Origin: Antedon mediterranea
Lineage: Eukaryota; Animalia; Echinodermata
Direction: 5' to 3'
Assembly (NCBI RefSeq): GCF_964355755.1
Contig: NC_092670.1
Location: forward strand, 22,120,795-22,184,794
DNA: 64,000 nucleotides
Part shown: positions 25,401-37,400 of the stretch, in pieces
Position numbering within the stretch: position 1 is the stretch's first letter
Layout of the letters: every line of letters starts with the position of its first letter
Program-made: the position numbers and the translations under genes
Notes under the pieces: model-generated
The model's database searches: none
What the model was told of the DNA's origin: nothing
What the model saw: the letters and a program-made list of their open reading frames with translations, nothing else

Positions 25401-28400
25401 ATTAACTTGGTATAAAGAGATGTAACAGTATCTACATCCAAGAACAGATTAGCTGGCTTGGTGCTCAAGGTTGAATAAGTGGCAAGGAGGACATTCTTTG
25501 GTTCTCTCTTAGGATAAGTAGGTACATATGCAAGATTAAGGTGGGTAGAGAGCAGTAAAAATAGCATAGCTGGTAAATATAGTAATATATTTAACAATTG
25601 AATCCAATTGAATTTTTACTTTTGCATACATGTGGCGCTTGTGCAGTAAGTGTAATCAAGACTATGTACAGTATAGTATTTCGTATTGCCTTAGATATAC
25701 CGTCGTGGGATATACTATTTACACTAAAACTAAAACTAATTGAATACTTAATTGAAAATCACATTTACAATAGTTGAAATGCAGCTTTAAAAAATACTTT
25801 ACCTTGCTCTATGCAGCTTTTAAAAACTTTTTGTAAAGATTAAAGTTGTTCTACTATTTTTTAATATTGCTGCATGGTTTTACCTTTAACTCCATTTTGA
25901 TTTTACCCATGCTAACTGCTAACTTTTTGTAATTAGAAGCAAGACAAACACAAGTAGCTCAAATAAGACGCTACCAGGGTTTGAAAAAAGAAGGTAAGGT
26001 CCCTGCTACCAGTATCGCTGCTACCAGCTGCTGTGCCCTTTGACCCCAAGTAGCTTCTAGCATCTGCTGTGTCCTACCCCAGCGTTCCTGCTACTAGTAC
26101 CAGCTACTATCTCTTCATACCCCCGCTTCCCTGCTGCCAGTTGCTGCCTCCTCTTACCTCCAAGCCCTCTGCTACTGATTAGCTCGTTTCCCAGTGTTCA
26201 TGCTACCACCTGCTATCTCCTCTTACCACAGGTTCCCCTCACAGTCACTGCTTGTATTTCCTACCTTGCTGCTTGTTTTCTCCTGCTACTATACTAGTAC
26301 TTGCTTTTCCATCCTCTGCTGCTGTACTATCTTTTCCTATGCTCTACTGTAGCTTCCCCCTACTACTGCTACTCTCTCTCTAGAAATGTCTTGTTGACAA
26401 CAACATTAATAGTAGGTTATTAAAGAATACTAGACAAAGAAATACCAATCTAAGGATATGCCTAATGGTGCAAGAATCCAGTAATATCATTTACCATATG
26501 AAATTGTGGGGTTTTCTCAACCCAGTTAGGCTGTGTTCACACTGATATAGTACGGTGAATTTTAGAATTAGAATGTTATAAAATGCGAACCCAACCTTAT
26601 AATTTAAGTTTTGCCGCCCACTAATCTAGTATTCTTATAGTAATTCTGTTTATGTTGTTATTATATTTAGCATGTTTGAGTACAGTACATATTATACTAT
26701 TCATAGTCTATTTTATCTTATTTTGTTAGGTTACAATGCTACAATGATAATTCACTTTTGCCATGACCTTACCCAAACTTGGCAAAAAAGAACAAATAAA
26801 GAAATAAATACTCTATCACTTGTTTTATTCAGTAAAGATTTTTTTGTGTGATAACATTTGATTTTTATCTTTAAAGTTTGTTTATTTCAAACAAATTATC
26901 GATAATATAAAATGCTTTCTATAGAAGATTCAAAAGTGCCAAAGTTGTTTTAAAAACCTTGTGAACTGTGTCAAACATGATTTAACGTGAACCTTCCAAA
27001 ACCATTGTTGTGAATGCTTTTTGTGTTGTTATTGTCATTCATTCTAAACTCTCTTTACTGCTTGACTTAGTAATTTAATTTTTTTTTACAAAAGATTCCA
27101 AAAGTTCACAGACATCTCAGGTTTGTGTGTTGGGACCTATTTTGCCCCAACATGACTTGTCACTTCCGACATGTCTAAAATTTGGTTTTAAGTTCAAAAG
27201 TGTAATACTTTCAAAAGAATTTATTATAATAAAGTTTAATTCGAAAAAACGTCATAAAACTGAGAGTAAACACTATTATTCTAACCCAAATTCCTTTTTT
27301 TAAATTATACATTGTAGATAGAAGAGAAACATTTTAAATTTAAAAAATTAAATAAGTATTGCTAGGTTTGCATTGGGAGAATAAATGCTTTTTAAAGAGA
27401 CATCTTACCCAACAAAGTACTCCTTATAGAGAGGATACAGTTAGCAAATTTATATTTAATTTATATATTATTATAGACTTCAAAATGTCCTTTCATTAAT
27501 GAACTAATTGCACCTTTTTATTTGTGTGGTTTGTATTCATATCTAGAATATTAAATCAAAATTTGTTTTTTTTTTATCACATTTTAGGTGTTTGTATGGC
27601 ATGTTTTAATGCATGCTATGATCTAATATTTTGTTAATGATAAACAGTAAACTATATTCTTTAACAAAATATGATTATAATTGCTAAATATTTGAAAATA
27701 CTATCTCTAAGCAGGTAACTGAGTGGTGCATAATGAGCTGACACAGGTCAAAGTTCATAATGCACTGACTGACAAATTCATATGAAATATACACACAACG
27801 CTTGTTTAATTTTGATTAATTTCTTTTTGTTCTGAAATGTATACATTTATTTGTAAATTTTAATATTTCTTATATAATTTGTGGTTCTTGATTTTTATAG
27901 TCGGATTCAAAGCTACGCAACTAACTTCTTCGGCGTGGGTGATGATTTTCAAGAAGACAGCAAACGTTGGCAGCGACGGCGTTCACGTCACTTGAGTCGG
28001 CGTCACGGAGGGTTAAAGAAAGACGTGGAGGAGCGAATGGAGGAGGCGGAATTGGAGTCAATTATGGGTGTGGCATCTCTTCCTCATGTAGTTGATCCTT
28101 TTGGTATGCTTAGCATGTGTTATGTTTAACATTTTTATAACAAATCCACCTTAATATATCAAACTGAAGTTTACTCTATTGACTACAGTCTTTATGTGGT
28201 AATTTTAGTTAAGATACTCTGTATATCCTCTGTATTTCTTCTTTAGAATTACTGCAGTAATTTTACCAATGGTCTTATGCTGTGATTTTGGTAACGTTAC
28301 TGCACTAATTTTTCTGTATTAACTACAGTCTTTCAGTGAAGATAATATACAGTATATATCTTCTGGGATTCTTTCTGTATCATTGCAGTAATTTTGCAGT

Positions 28401-31400
28401 GGTATCTGCAGTCCTTATGCAGTGATTTTGGTAACGTTACTGCAGTATTTGCTGTAATTCTACTTCTAATTTCTTATGAAAGTTACTTCCCCAACTACAG
28501 TATTTATCATCTTTATATTCAAGTTGGTTGTGATAGTTTAGGATTCAAAATACATACATTGTATAATATTATCAAAGCTACTGTAGTGTACTGGATGGAG
28601 TGTAGTAGAAACTGTTGACTTGAATTAAAGAAAGAGCCCATGAACTTTGAAAAGTCTCTAACTCGGTAAACAACATTTCAGACTGATTTGGTAAAGAAAA
28701 GAGTTCCTTTAAAATATTCAGATTAGTATTAAAAAAATGCTATCTACACAGCTTTTAAATTATATAACTGTAGGCCTTTTTCGTTGTCCTGACATTTATC
28801 ATTTCTTATCCTACAAATCATCTTTCTTTTGTCACTTTCCCCTCATACCATTATTTTTTTTTGGTTTAAAAATAACTGTTAATCAATATTCTATTTTCCA
28901 GTAGGAGGTTTATTGGTATTTTATAGCTGTTTGGTTGTTTTCAATGCCATAGTACAGTGACCGTATTTGAATGGTATTGTTCTTCATTTTAGCCTCAAGG
29001 CTATTCATTTTGTGAAGGAAGATTTTATAAATGAGCTTCAATTTTATTCAGTTTTTACTGAATCTGATACACTTGGAGAATGAAGAAATAAGATAATTTC
29101 AATAGAGTTTGAAATATCTTAATTTCTGTTGATGGTAATTTATGTGAATTATATCAGTCTGTTGCAAAACAAGGGATACTTATTATCAGAGCTCAATAGT
29201 GGTGGATCCATGGAGGTGTGATACTAATTGGCCCACATTTCCCCTTTTGAAATGAAGATGTCGTCTAAGCTGATTTCCTACCCCAACCCAATATCCTGGA
29301 TTCCTCTACTCACGAATGTAGCATGCTTTGGTTTGTTGTGCAAGTTGGCTTTGTTTCTGCATTTGATTTTTATCAACAGTAGAACCCGTTCTTTGGGGCA
29401 CCCCTATTTTAAGGGGACACGTTGTTCGGTCCCAAATGGGTCCGGTTCTACTGTTTTTTGCATCTTTGAATGATTTAAGGTTTTTAATCTGATGATGGAG
29501 TGGGAACATTGCATGATGCATGTCGGTAACATCTGACACATACATCTTTTGATAAAACTACAGTTAAAAGTATCACTACTTTTTGTGTAGTAGTACAATA
29601 TAAATAATATGATCACAGCTACAGTACTATATCTATAAGTATTTTAATATAATTATTTTTGCCTTTTTGTAAAGCAAAATCCCATTATTGACCAGTTAAA
29701 AATAGAATTTTAGCAACCAATAATGTTTGCTACTCTACTGTGTATTTCCTAAACATTAGGACAAACTAAATGGATATGCACACATGTACAATTATTGCTA
29801 TTTTAAATTGAAAGCAAAATGTGGCCTAAAGTCTTCCTATCACGCTAATAGCAAATGTTTCCATGACTTGCATCATACACAGTGTTGGCAGTTCCTACGT
29901 AAATGTATGGAAAATGTTCTTTTGTGAACCATGGAATTAGCACTGGAATGCAGAGCTATGCCTATAGTAGTAGCGTTAACTCCTAAGTGAAACAGGTAGG
30001 ATAAACTTCCTTGCTTAACACAACATGTGTTACATCAATCTTAGGTGAATAAGACAGTATCACATAAGCATTGACATTAACACCACTAAACGGGTCAGTT
30101 CATGCGTTGAAAACAATTTAATTAAAGGAAATTTGTGGATAGGTATAGAGGATGCCTATGAGGGCACATAGTGTCATGTGTATCTAACACTACAGTGTAC
30201 TGCATTTAAATAAAGCAGTTTTGTGGAACAGTAAGGGTATGTGACGTTGTACAGTTGAGGTGCGTAGTGTGTAGTATTTTAAGTCGTCCATGGGTAGGAA
30301 GTTGGATAGTTAGAGAGCATGCCTATGAGAGCACATAGTGTGATAGAATGTGATTACAGCACTACTGTACTTTGTTTGTAGACCAGTTTTGTGGAACAGT
30401 ATTGAGTATAAATACTAGTAGTGTGAGACATTGTTGGTATGTAGTGTGTAGCATTTATAAGTCTCTGGTTAGGTAGTTGGAAATTTGTAAATAGGTAGGT
30501 ATATGCCTATTTGTACACACACACCATATTCATACAAAATTGTTCAAACCAGCATTGGTATGTAAATTAACCTAATTATTAATGAAATATGCATTTTTAA
30601 TAACAAAATAATATTTTGCTTGTTGCATTAATTACTCTAATTGAGTAAATGTGCATGATTGTAAGATAAAATACACATTTTGATAATGTTTAATTAGAAA
30701 TCAATTTATAACATTAAACATGTGGACATACAATTTGAAAATTACATAAAAATTAAAAAATTAAACATTGCAAATACATGCTTAAGATGTTTACAAAATA
30801 AAATTGCTAGGAAGATCTGTTTTATTAAACATAATTTGATATATGAATTAACATAATTTGATATATCAACTGACTTCATAGCAGTGTCCTACAAAGGTAC
30901 ATGTGTTAACTATTAAAATCATGACATTCATAGACTTAAAACAAAAACTGTCTGCTTTCAAATATTAATCATCACACACATGAACTCAATGCATAGTAAT
31001 TATAACCAACTTTGTCGCTTGAAAGTATCCTTTGGCCGTTTGTCAACATTTTCTGTTTTTACGGAAGTGTTAATAACCAACACAGCACCTTTTGAGAACA
31101 TAAGTTTTGCTAGCCTGCTTAAAATAAAACTTTTATGCCTCAGCTGCAAGGAAGAAAGGCAAGGGTCCTGTGAGATATCAGGCTGTGAAAAAATGGAACG
31201 AAGTAAAGCATAAAGGTGAGATAGGCCTAAAAATGTTTGCATGAGTTTCCTACAGGTTTGGAGGTTGTTTTATATTCCTGAGGATTTGTGGTTGTTGTTC
31301 AGCTAGTTTTAAAAATTGTATTCTTAAGATTGTAAGCAATGTATAATTACAAATAATGTAATAAAACTTGGAGATTTAATAAATAAGTCCGAAACAAATT

Positions 31401-34400
31401 AGGGCATTAAAATAGTGCAGAGAGATACAAGATTTAAAGGCTTCTGTGTTACAAGAGGTCAATGAACTGTCAATGTGTTTCGCCTCACTGGCTGCTACAA
31501 ATTTGGGCTCAGAAATCGTGGCATATAAATCTATACTTGTGTATTGTTGTGAGTGAGTTTATTACTTTTTACTTAGTGATGAAGGTATTACTGTCTCTTA
31601 TATAAAGTCTGACAAGGTAGTGAAGTCTTTATCCTATTGCTACTACAGTACATTTAAAATGCCTTGAATATAGTGTCATAAATCTGTTTTGATGATGTTT
31701 TTTCTATTTATTCCATATTGTTTATGAAATACATTGTAGAATTTACACTCTGTGTTTTAATTATTTTCATTCATTAGTTTTAATTATTCATTTATTTTTG
31801 TTCATTACTTGATTTTGAATCTATTTTTTCCATCTATCTATTTCTACTTTTCCTTATTTTGTAATCATTTATATTTAATAACAATTGTTTTTAAGTATCC
31901 CCTGTTTTTCACTTGTTACTTTGTCAAAATTTAGCATTATTGATGAGTTGCATGTCATGTTATCTTTGCAGCCAAGCCCAGGCCAAAAGGCGACGAGGTA
32001 GATGGAGCAAGACGAGCCTATCAGAGCAGCCAGGCCCATTCTGTAGCAACCACAACCGCCACATCAAGTACCTACAAAAGGGCTTTATCACGTCAGTTAT
32101 CAAGGCAGAGGAGTAAACGACAATCTGTGGCCAAGATGGGATGGGATGCACTCAAGTCCACTATTGGAGTAAGTCTAATCTATAAATATTAAGTCTATGA
32201 TTGCAGTAAATTTCCCGAGTGAAGTTTGCTCTTGTTGGAATAGTAAATAGTTCATACAATAATTATGCAAAATGCTTTCTTTATGTCTTATCGTTAAAAA
32301 GGCTTCAATTTCAACTCCTGTACGATTTTATTCTAATCTAAAAATTAAATTCCATTAAGACGAAGAAGTAGGGTTTAACAACTTATTATTCTAAAAACTA
32401 TACAACAATTTAGTTATAATCATAATTGTTTGTTTTCTTAATTTCAGCGTCCTCAACCAAAGATGAGTAGATCACATGACACACTAGTGCACCAACGACC
32501 ACCTATGATTCATAGTCGTAGTTTTGCCCCTGCAAACACAATGATGGATGAGATTGACGATTCCGATATCGATATGTCATTCTTCTCTCCAACATTTGTA
32601 AGTATATAACATGGCATAACATCCCTTATCCCTCCAAGACAGCTAATCTGTATTGGTAAATGATATTTTATATTGGTGTCTTTTCTCTAACAGTTTTAAC
32701 AGAACTTTGTTTACCCACAGTAATAATTAAACACTTCCAATGATAGAAAATGTTTGGTTTTGTACTAATTTGACTTTATATTTTAAACAGGAAAGAAAGT
32801 ATAAATGTTTATTGACATAACAATCATATTCAATAACATCTTTCATTCATAATTATGATAACATTTCTTTTCTTTAAATATAGAATTACAACAGAGGACA
32901 GCCTATCCTTATTATAATTATATACATATATACTATCAAATTTTAACAAATATATTTTAAACAAATAAAACAATATGTGAATTAGTATGGAACATTATCT
33001 AATGTATGTTTCAATGTTCATATTTAGTTTATAGTCTTTTTACAAAAAAAGAGCATTGAAAAATATGAAATAAAACTTATGTAAAGGTATTGTATTAAAA
33101 AATGAATAAAAATGCACGCTAAGAATATTGAATTGGGAAACGATTTGTGAATGCGTAATGGATGATTCTCCTGTTGTCTCAATTAATAAAACCTTTTACG
33201 TTTTCAATTCCTTATTGACCTCTTGTTAACCTTTCCAGCTCGTTCTCCGCTTTTTTTTATTAATTACTTCAAGACATAATCCTATTCTATGAGGATGAGA
33301 TGTTTTATTTATTATTTGTTCTAATTATAACTAATAATTTATGGTAATGACTGGTCAAAATCATATACTGTACAGTATAGACAATTTACCAGCCAGACCT
33401 GTTAGTGGTGATGATAAATAAGAAGTCAAGAATATAATTATAATTTTAATTCATGTATAATAATTAATTATAACAATATTGAGGTTAGAATTATAGTAAT
33501 ATCAATGGTTATTTTTATATTTGTTTAAATATAAAGCAGTCTTTAAAAGAAGTAATATATATAATTTTTAGGTAAATAAAATTTATAATTCTTGCTAGAT
33601 GTTAACAATTGTTAAAATAGAAAAAATAGAGTTTACAATAAAAATTTAAGACTGAAAACTAAAACATACTGCACTCCCCTATACTCTTTAAAGTATTTTA
33701 TTTATACTTCACACACCACGCAAATCAAACTACCCACAATGCACTGCTTTATCTCTACTCAATCTTTTTTTCATTCATTTTATTTCTCCTCTGCATGTTT
33801 CACTTTCCATCCATTCACCATTCACTCGTTGCAGATATCCCCAATGTCTGATGATAGATACGATGATGAGGTGTTCTTTGACTTTTCACCAAAGGCTGAT
33901 CGTCGTAAAATGCCGCTGCCATCAAGGCCCTCACAGTCACCTCTTCAGCAGTCAAGAGACCTGTCAACCAGCTTGTCAAATCTTCCAGGCTTAGAAACAC
34001 TGACAAACCAGGGTAAATTATACATTAAAATAAAGCTATGATTTGCTTAGAAGCTAGCATTATTATCAATATAAAAGAAGGTGCATTCTTACTGTTCCCA
34101 ATCCAGATCATCCTGTTGATTGGCAATTAAAGAAACAGATGTAAAATCAATAATGTTAGCTTTGCTGTTCCAGCTAATAATAATAATAATACAAATTTCT
34201 AAAGGGCACTTTACACAGACGAGCGTTAACAGTAATAAAAAATATAGAATGTATGTTATTCCATATGACCATTTACACACATCGCGGAGCAGACAGGCTG
34301 TTTCCCTCAGGATAGATACGGATTCTATGTGGGACAAGTAACGCAGTTTTCCGCTTACTGTTACCGCTCGTCTATTGGCCTTAAAGGTTAGTCCCCGATC

Positions 34401-37400
34401 TGGATTTATACAATCCATTAGTTTCGCATACATGGATGGTATAAGAATACGCTTTCATGTAACTCAACACACTGCAACAATATGACACATACCTATGTCT
34501 GATTAGGGGCATATATGATTGGCCGATGTGATAAAGCCATATTTCATGGTCATGTTCGAGCTGTGATAACATTAGAATTGAATTTCTAGTGAATTATATA
34601 ACCTCTTTGTTGAATACTTACACAATTTCTTTTAATTAGCTGGTAAGCTTAAAGATGCAGTCAAGAAGGTTGGCAAAAAGGGAAAACAAAAATTGAAGAA
34701 GGATTCTGGATCCCGGGAACAAATGGAAGACGAACCACTGATGGACAACAGGATGGCACCAAGTCCAGGAGCAGGAGATAAAATGGACAAGTCGAAAGCT
34801 GCTGCATTTAGTAAAATGATGTAATTGTCAAATTTTATCGAGTAAATTTCATGTGCCTATCCACAAAAATAAATGTTGATGTACTCTATTATTGCCTTTT
34901 TAGTACTTTTTTATCTAAGTTGCAAAACTCTACAGAATTGAATATAGGCACAGCCATGTGTTTAATTTATTATTTTATATCAACACAGTTGACCATGCAT
35001 TGATTGCCCTATTTAAGATTTATACCCAAAATCATGTTTTATTTTCTAGGCCTACAAGTATAGGATGGCGTAAACCAAGGCAGGAACGATTTGATCCCCC
35101 ACTTTACAAAAGTCCTCCACCAGAAGTCGAAATGGATCTTACAGATTCGGCAAGACCTCAAAAGGATATGCCAGGAAGGCGGAATAAAATTGCAGAGAAG
35201 GTGATGGCGGCTGCGTTTAATCACTCGGAACGACGTCAGATTGGTAAAGGTTTGGTGGGACGTGTGTTAAATAGAAGTTATCGAAAACAGAGGATAGATA
35301 GTGAGGTGAAACAACAACTAGAAAGTATTGAAGACCATAGGTAAGCTGATGGTCATTTCAAGATTGGGATGAAAGTAGGAGAGTTAATTATAGAGAAGGG
35401 TTAATAAAGGTTAAGAAGGGTGGCTAATGATAACACAGTAAAATAAATCTTCTTTATGCGCTTAAAAACACAACCATGGTCAAAGAAATGAAAGCTACAA
35501 CAAAAACATGGATAAGAAATTTGAGCCAAGATTTAAATTGTTCGATAGAGAGGATTTAACTAAAAGTATTTTTTTTTAACCTCTTATTGCCATCTTATAA
35601 GTTGATGTCATCTGTTTTTTCTTGTTTTTTTTTCATGGAAATAAAAGTGAATTAAAACGATTGATGCACAATCATCGGATGCTCCTCGTTACCATTGGTT
35701 CTGCCTTTAATGCGACAATTTTTAGTAATGTAAACATGTTATTTACTGTACATTGTTTTTTATGGTTTTTAGTATTGTAAATATATGTTTGATTACTAAA
35801 TGCTGTACATTCTTTTTTGCAGGCCTTATTTTACATATTGGTTAACAACAGTACATGTGGTCATATTAATAATATCCCTCGTCTTCTATGGCTTTGCACC
35901 AATAGGATTTACATATACTCAAAGAAGAGACTTAGTAAGTGTTTTTATGTTGTTAATTAGTTTTATTTATTTTTTATATATTGAAATATTTTATTTATAC
36001 TGGGGAACCTCTTCAGTCAAATACCAGTCTTCCAGAGGGCCCAATTATACTGTGATGTACTGCTAATACACCAGGGTAACTTCCTACTCCTCTCAAAGAT
36101 GTACTAGGTTCTTTAAAGTGTGCAAAAGCCAGATGTGTACACTGGACCTAAGGTTTATAGTCCTTATCTGAGAAGACTCATTCTACCACCAAAATCATGG
36201 AGCGGGTGAGCCTCGAACATTTGCCTACGCAATTTCGGTTCCACTGTCTTACTCCCTCTCACCAAGGTCCCACCAAGATTGTGGTTAAAACCCACACTTT
36301 CGTAACACTCTACTATTGTCTAGGCATGCCCTATTATCATTTTTATTTACATCTTTCCACTGCTCAGCTGAAATTTTGTTGTTTTCATTTCTGTTGCAGG
36401 TTTTACAGGCAAATTTAGTTGTAGAAACTGTTGGGTATATGGAACCAGACAATTTTTGGATTGGTCCAAGGCCGGTAAGTCCTTCAATATATATATATAT
36501 ATGTTGTGCACGATTTGTACAATTAGAAATTGCACAAAGCTTTCCTTACACAGTCAAATATCTTGCTCATATTGCGCAGCGATATTTGAAGCTGCTATTC
36601 ATGCATAATATAAACTGTATAATTGTATATAATTGTGACTGCATTGTACATACTTGTTATTTACAGGCTGATCTTATTCACCTTGGAGCTAAGTATTCAC
36701 CATGTATGCATAGAGACGAGCAAGTCTATGTCAGGTTAGCAGATATACGAAGAGAAGAAAATGATACCGGATGCTGTATCCGTACGGATAACGCTGGATG
36801 TGTCCAAACTGTTAGTTCTATGTGTTCAGTGGGTAACATCTTATTTTTTCAACAATAAAATATATAAACAATTTTAAACAGTAAGTCTTTGAAATTAAAT
36901 GAATGAAATGATTTTCTTCCAGTGCACAATGTTTAAAATTATGCTGTCAGATATTAAGCTGCCATGTGTTTATAAAGATTGTCTTTATACTCTACTTATA
37001 CTATACTTAATTTATCTAGACTAGCTTTGCAACTTTTGCCAAATGGTCAATTAACAGTGGTCCAAACAATCTTAGAAGATCAGGTCCAGTATGTGGTCAA
37101 GACCATCGGTTAGTAGCATTGTATTATTTATATTTATTTGCATGCCACATTTATATATTAATAATGTTTTTGAACAGATAGGGTCGCCCTGTTCACATCA
37201 CTTCGACTCTATGTGTTTGATTCAAACATCTTGTTAGATTTAGTATTGTCCTAAAGTGGGTGTCCTCACTCAGGACTCTGGAATTCAAAGAACTAGGATG
37301 GAACCTATGTATAATATTACCTTAAAAGCTTATTTCTATAGTTCGTAGATAAATTACTTCGAGATCATGTGACATCACTTGTTACACAGCAAACGGCCTA

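Noticed and set aside
26000-26380. CTGCTAC-rich stretch as coding sequence
   Set aside because: Low-complexity intronic sequence with stops and no supported splice structure.
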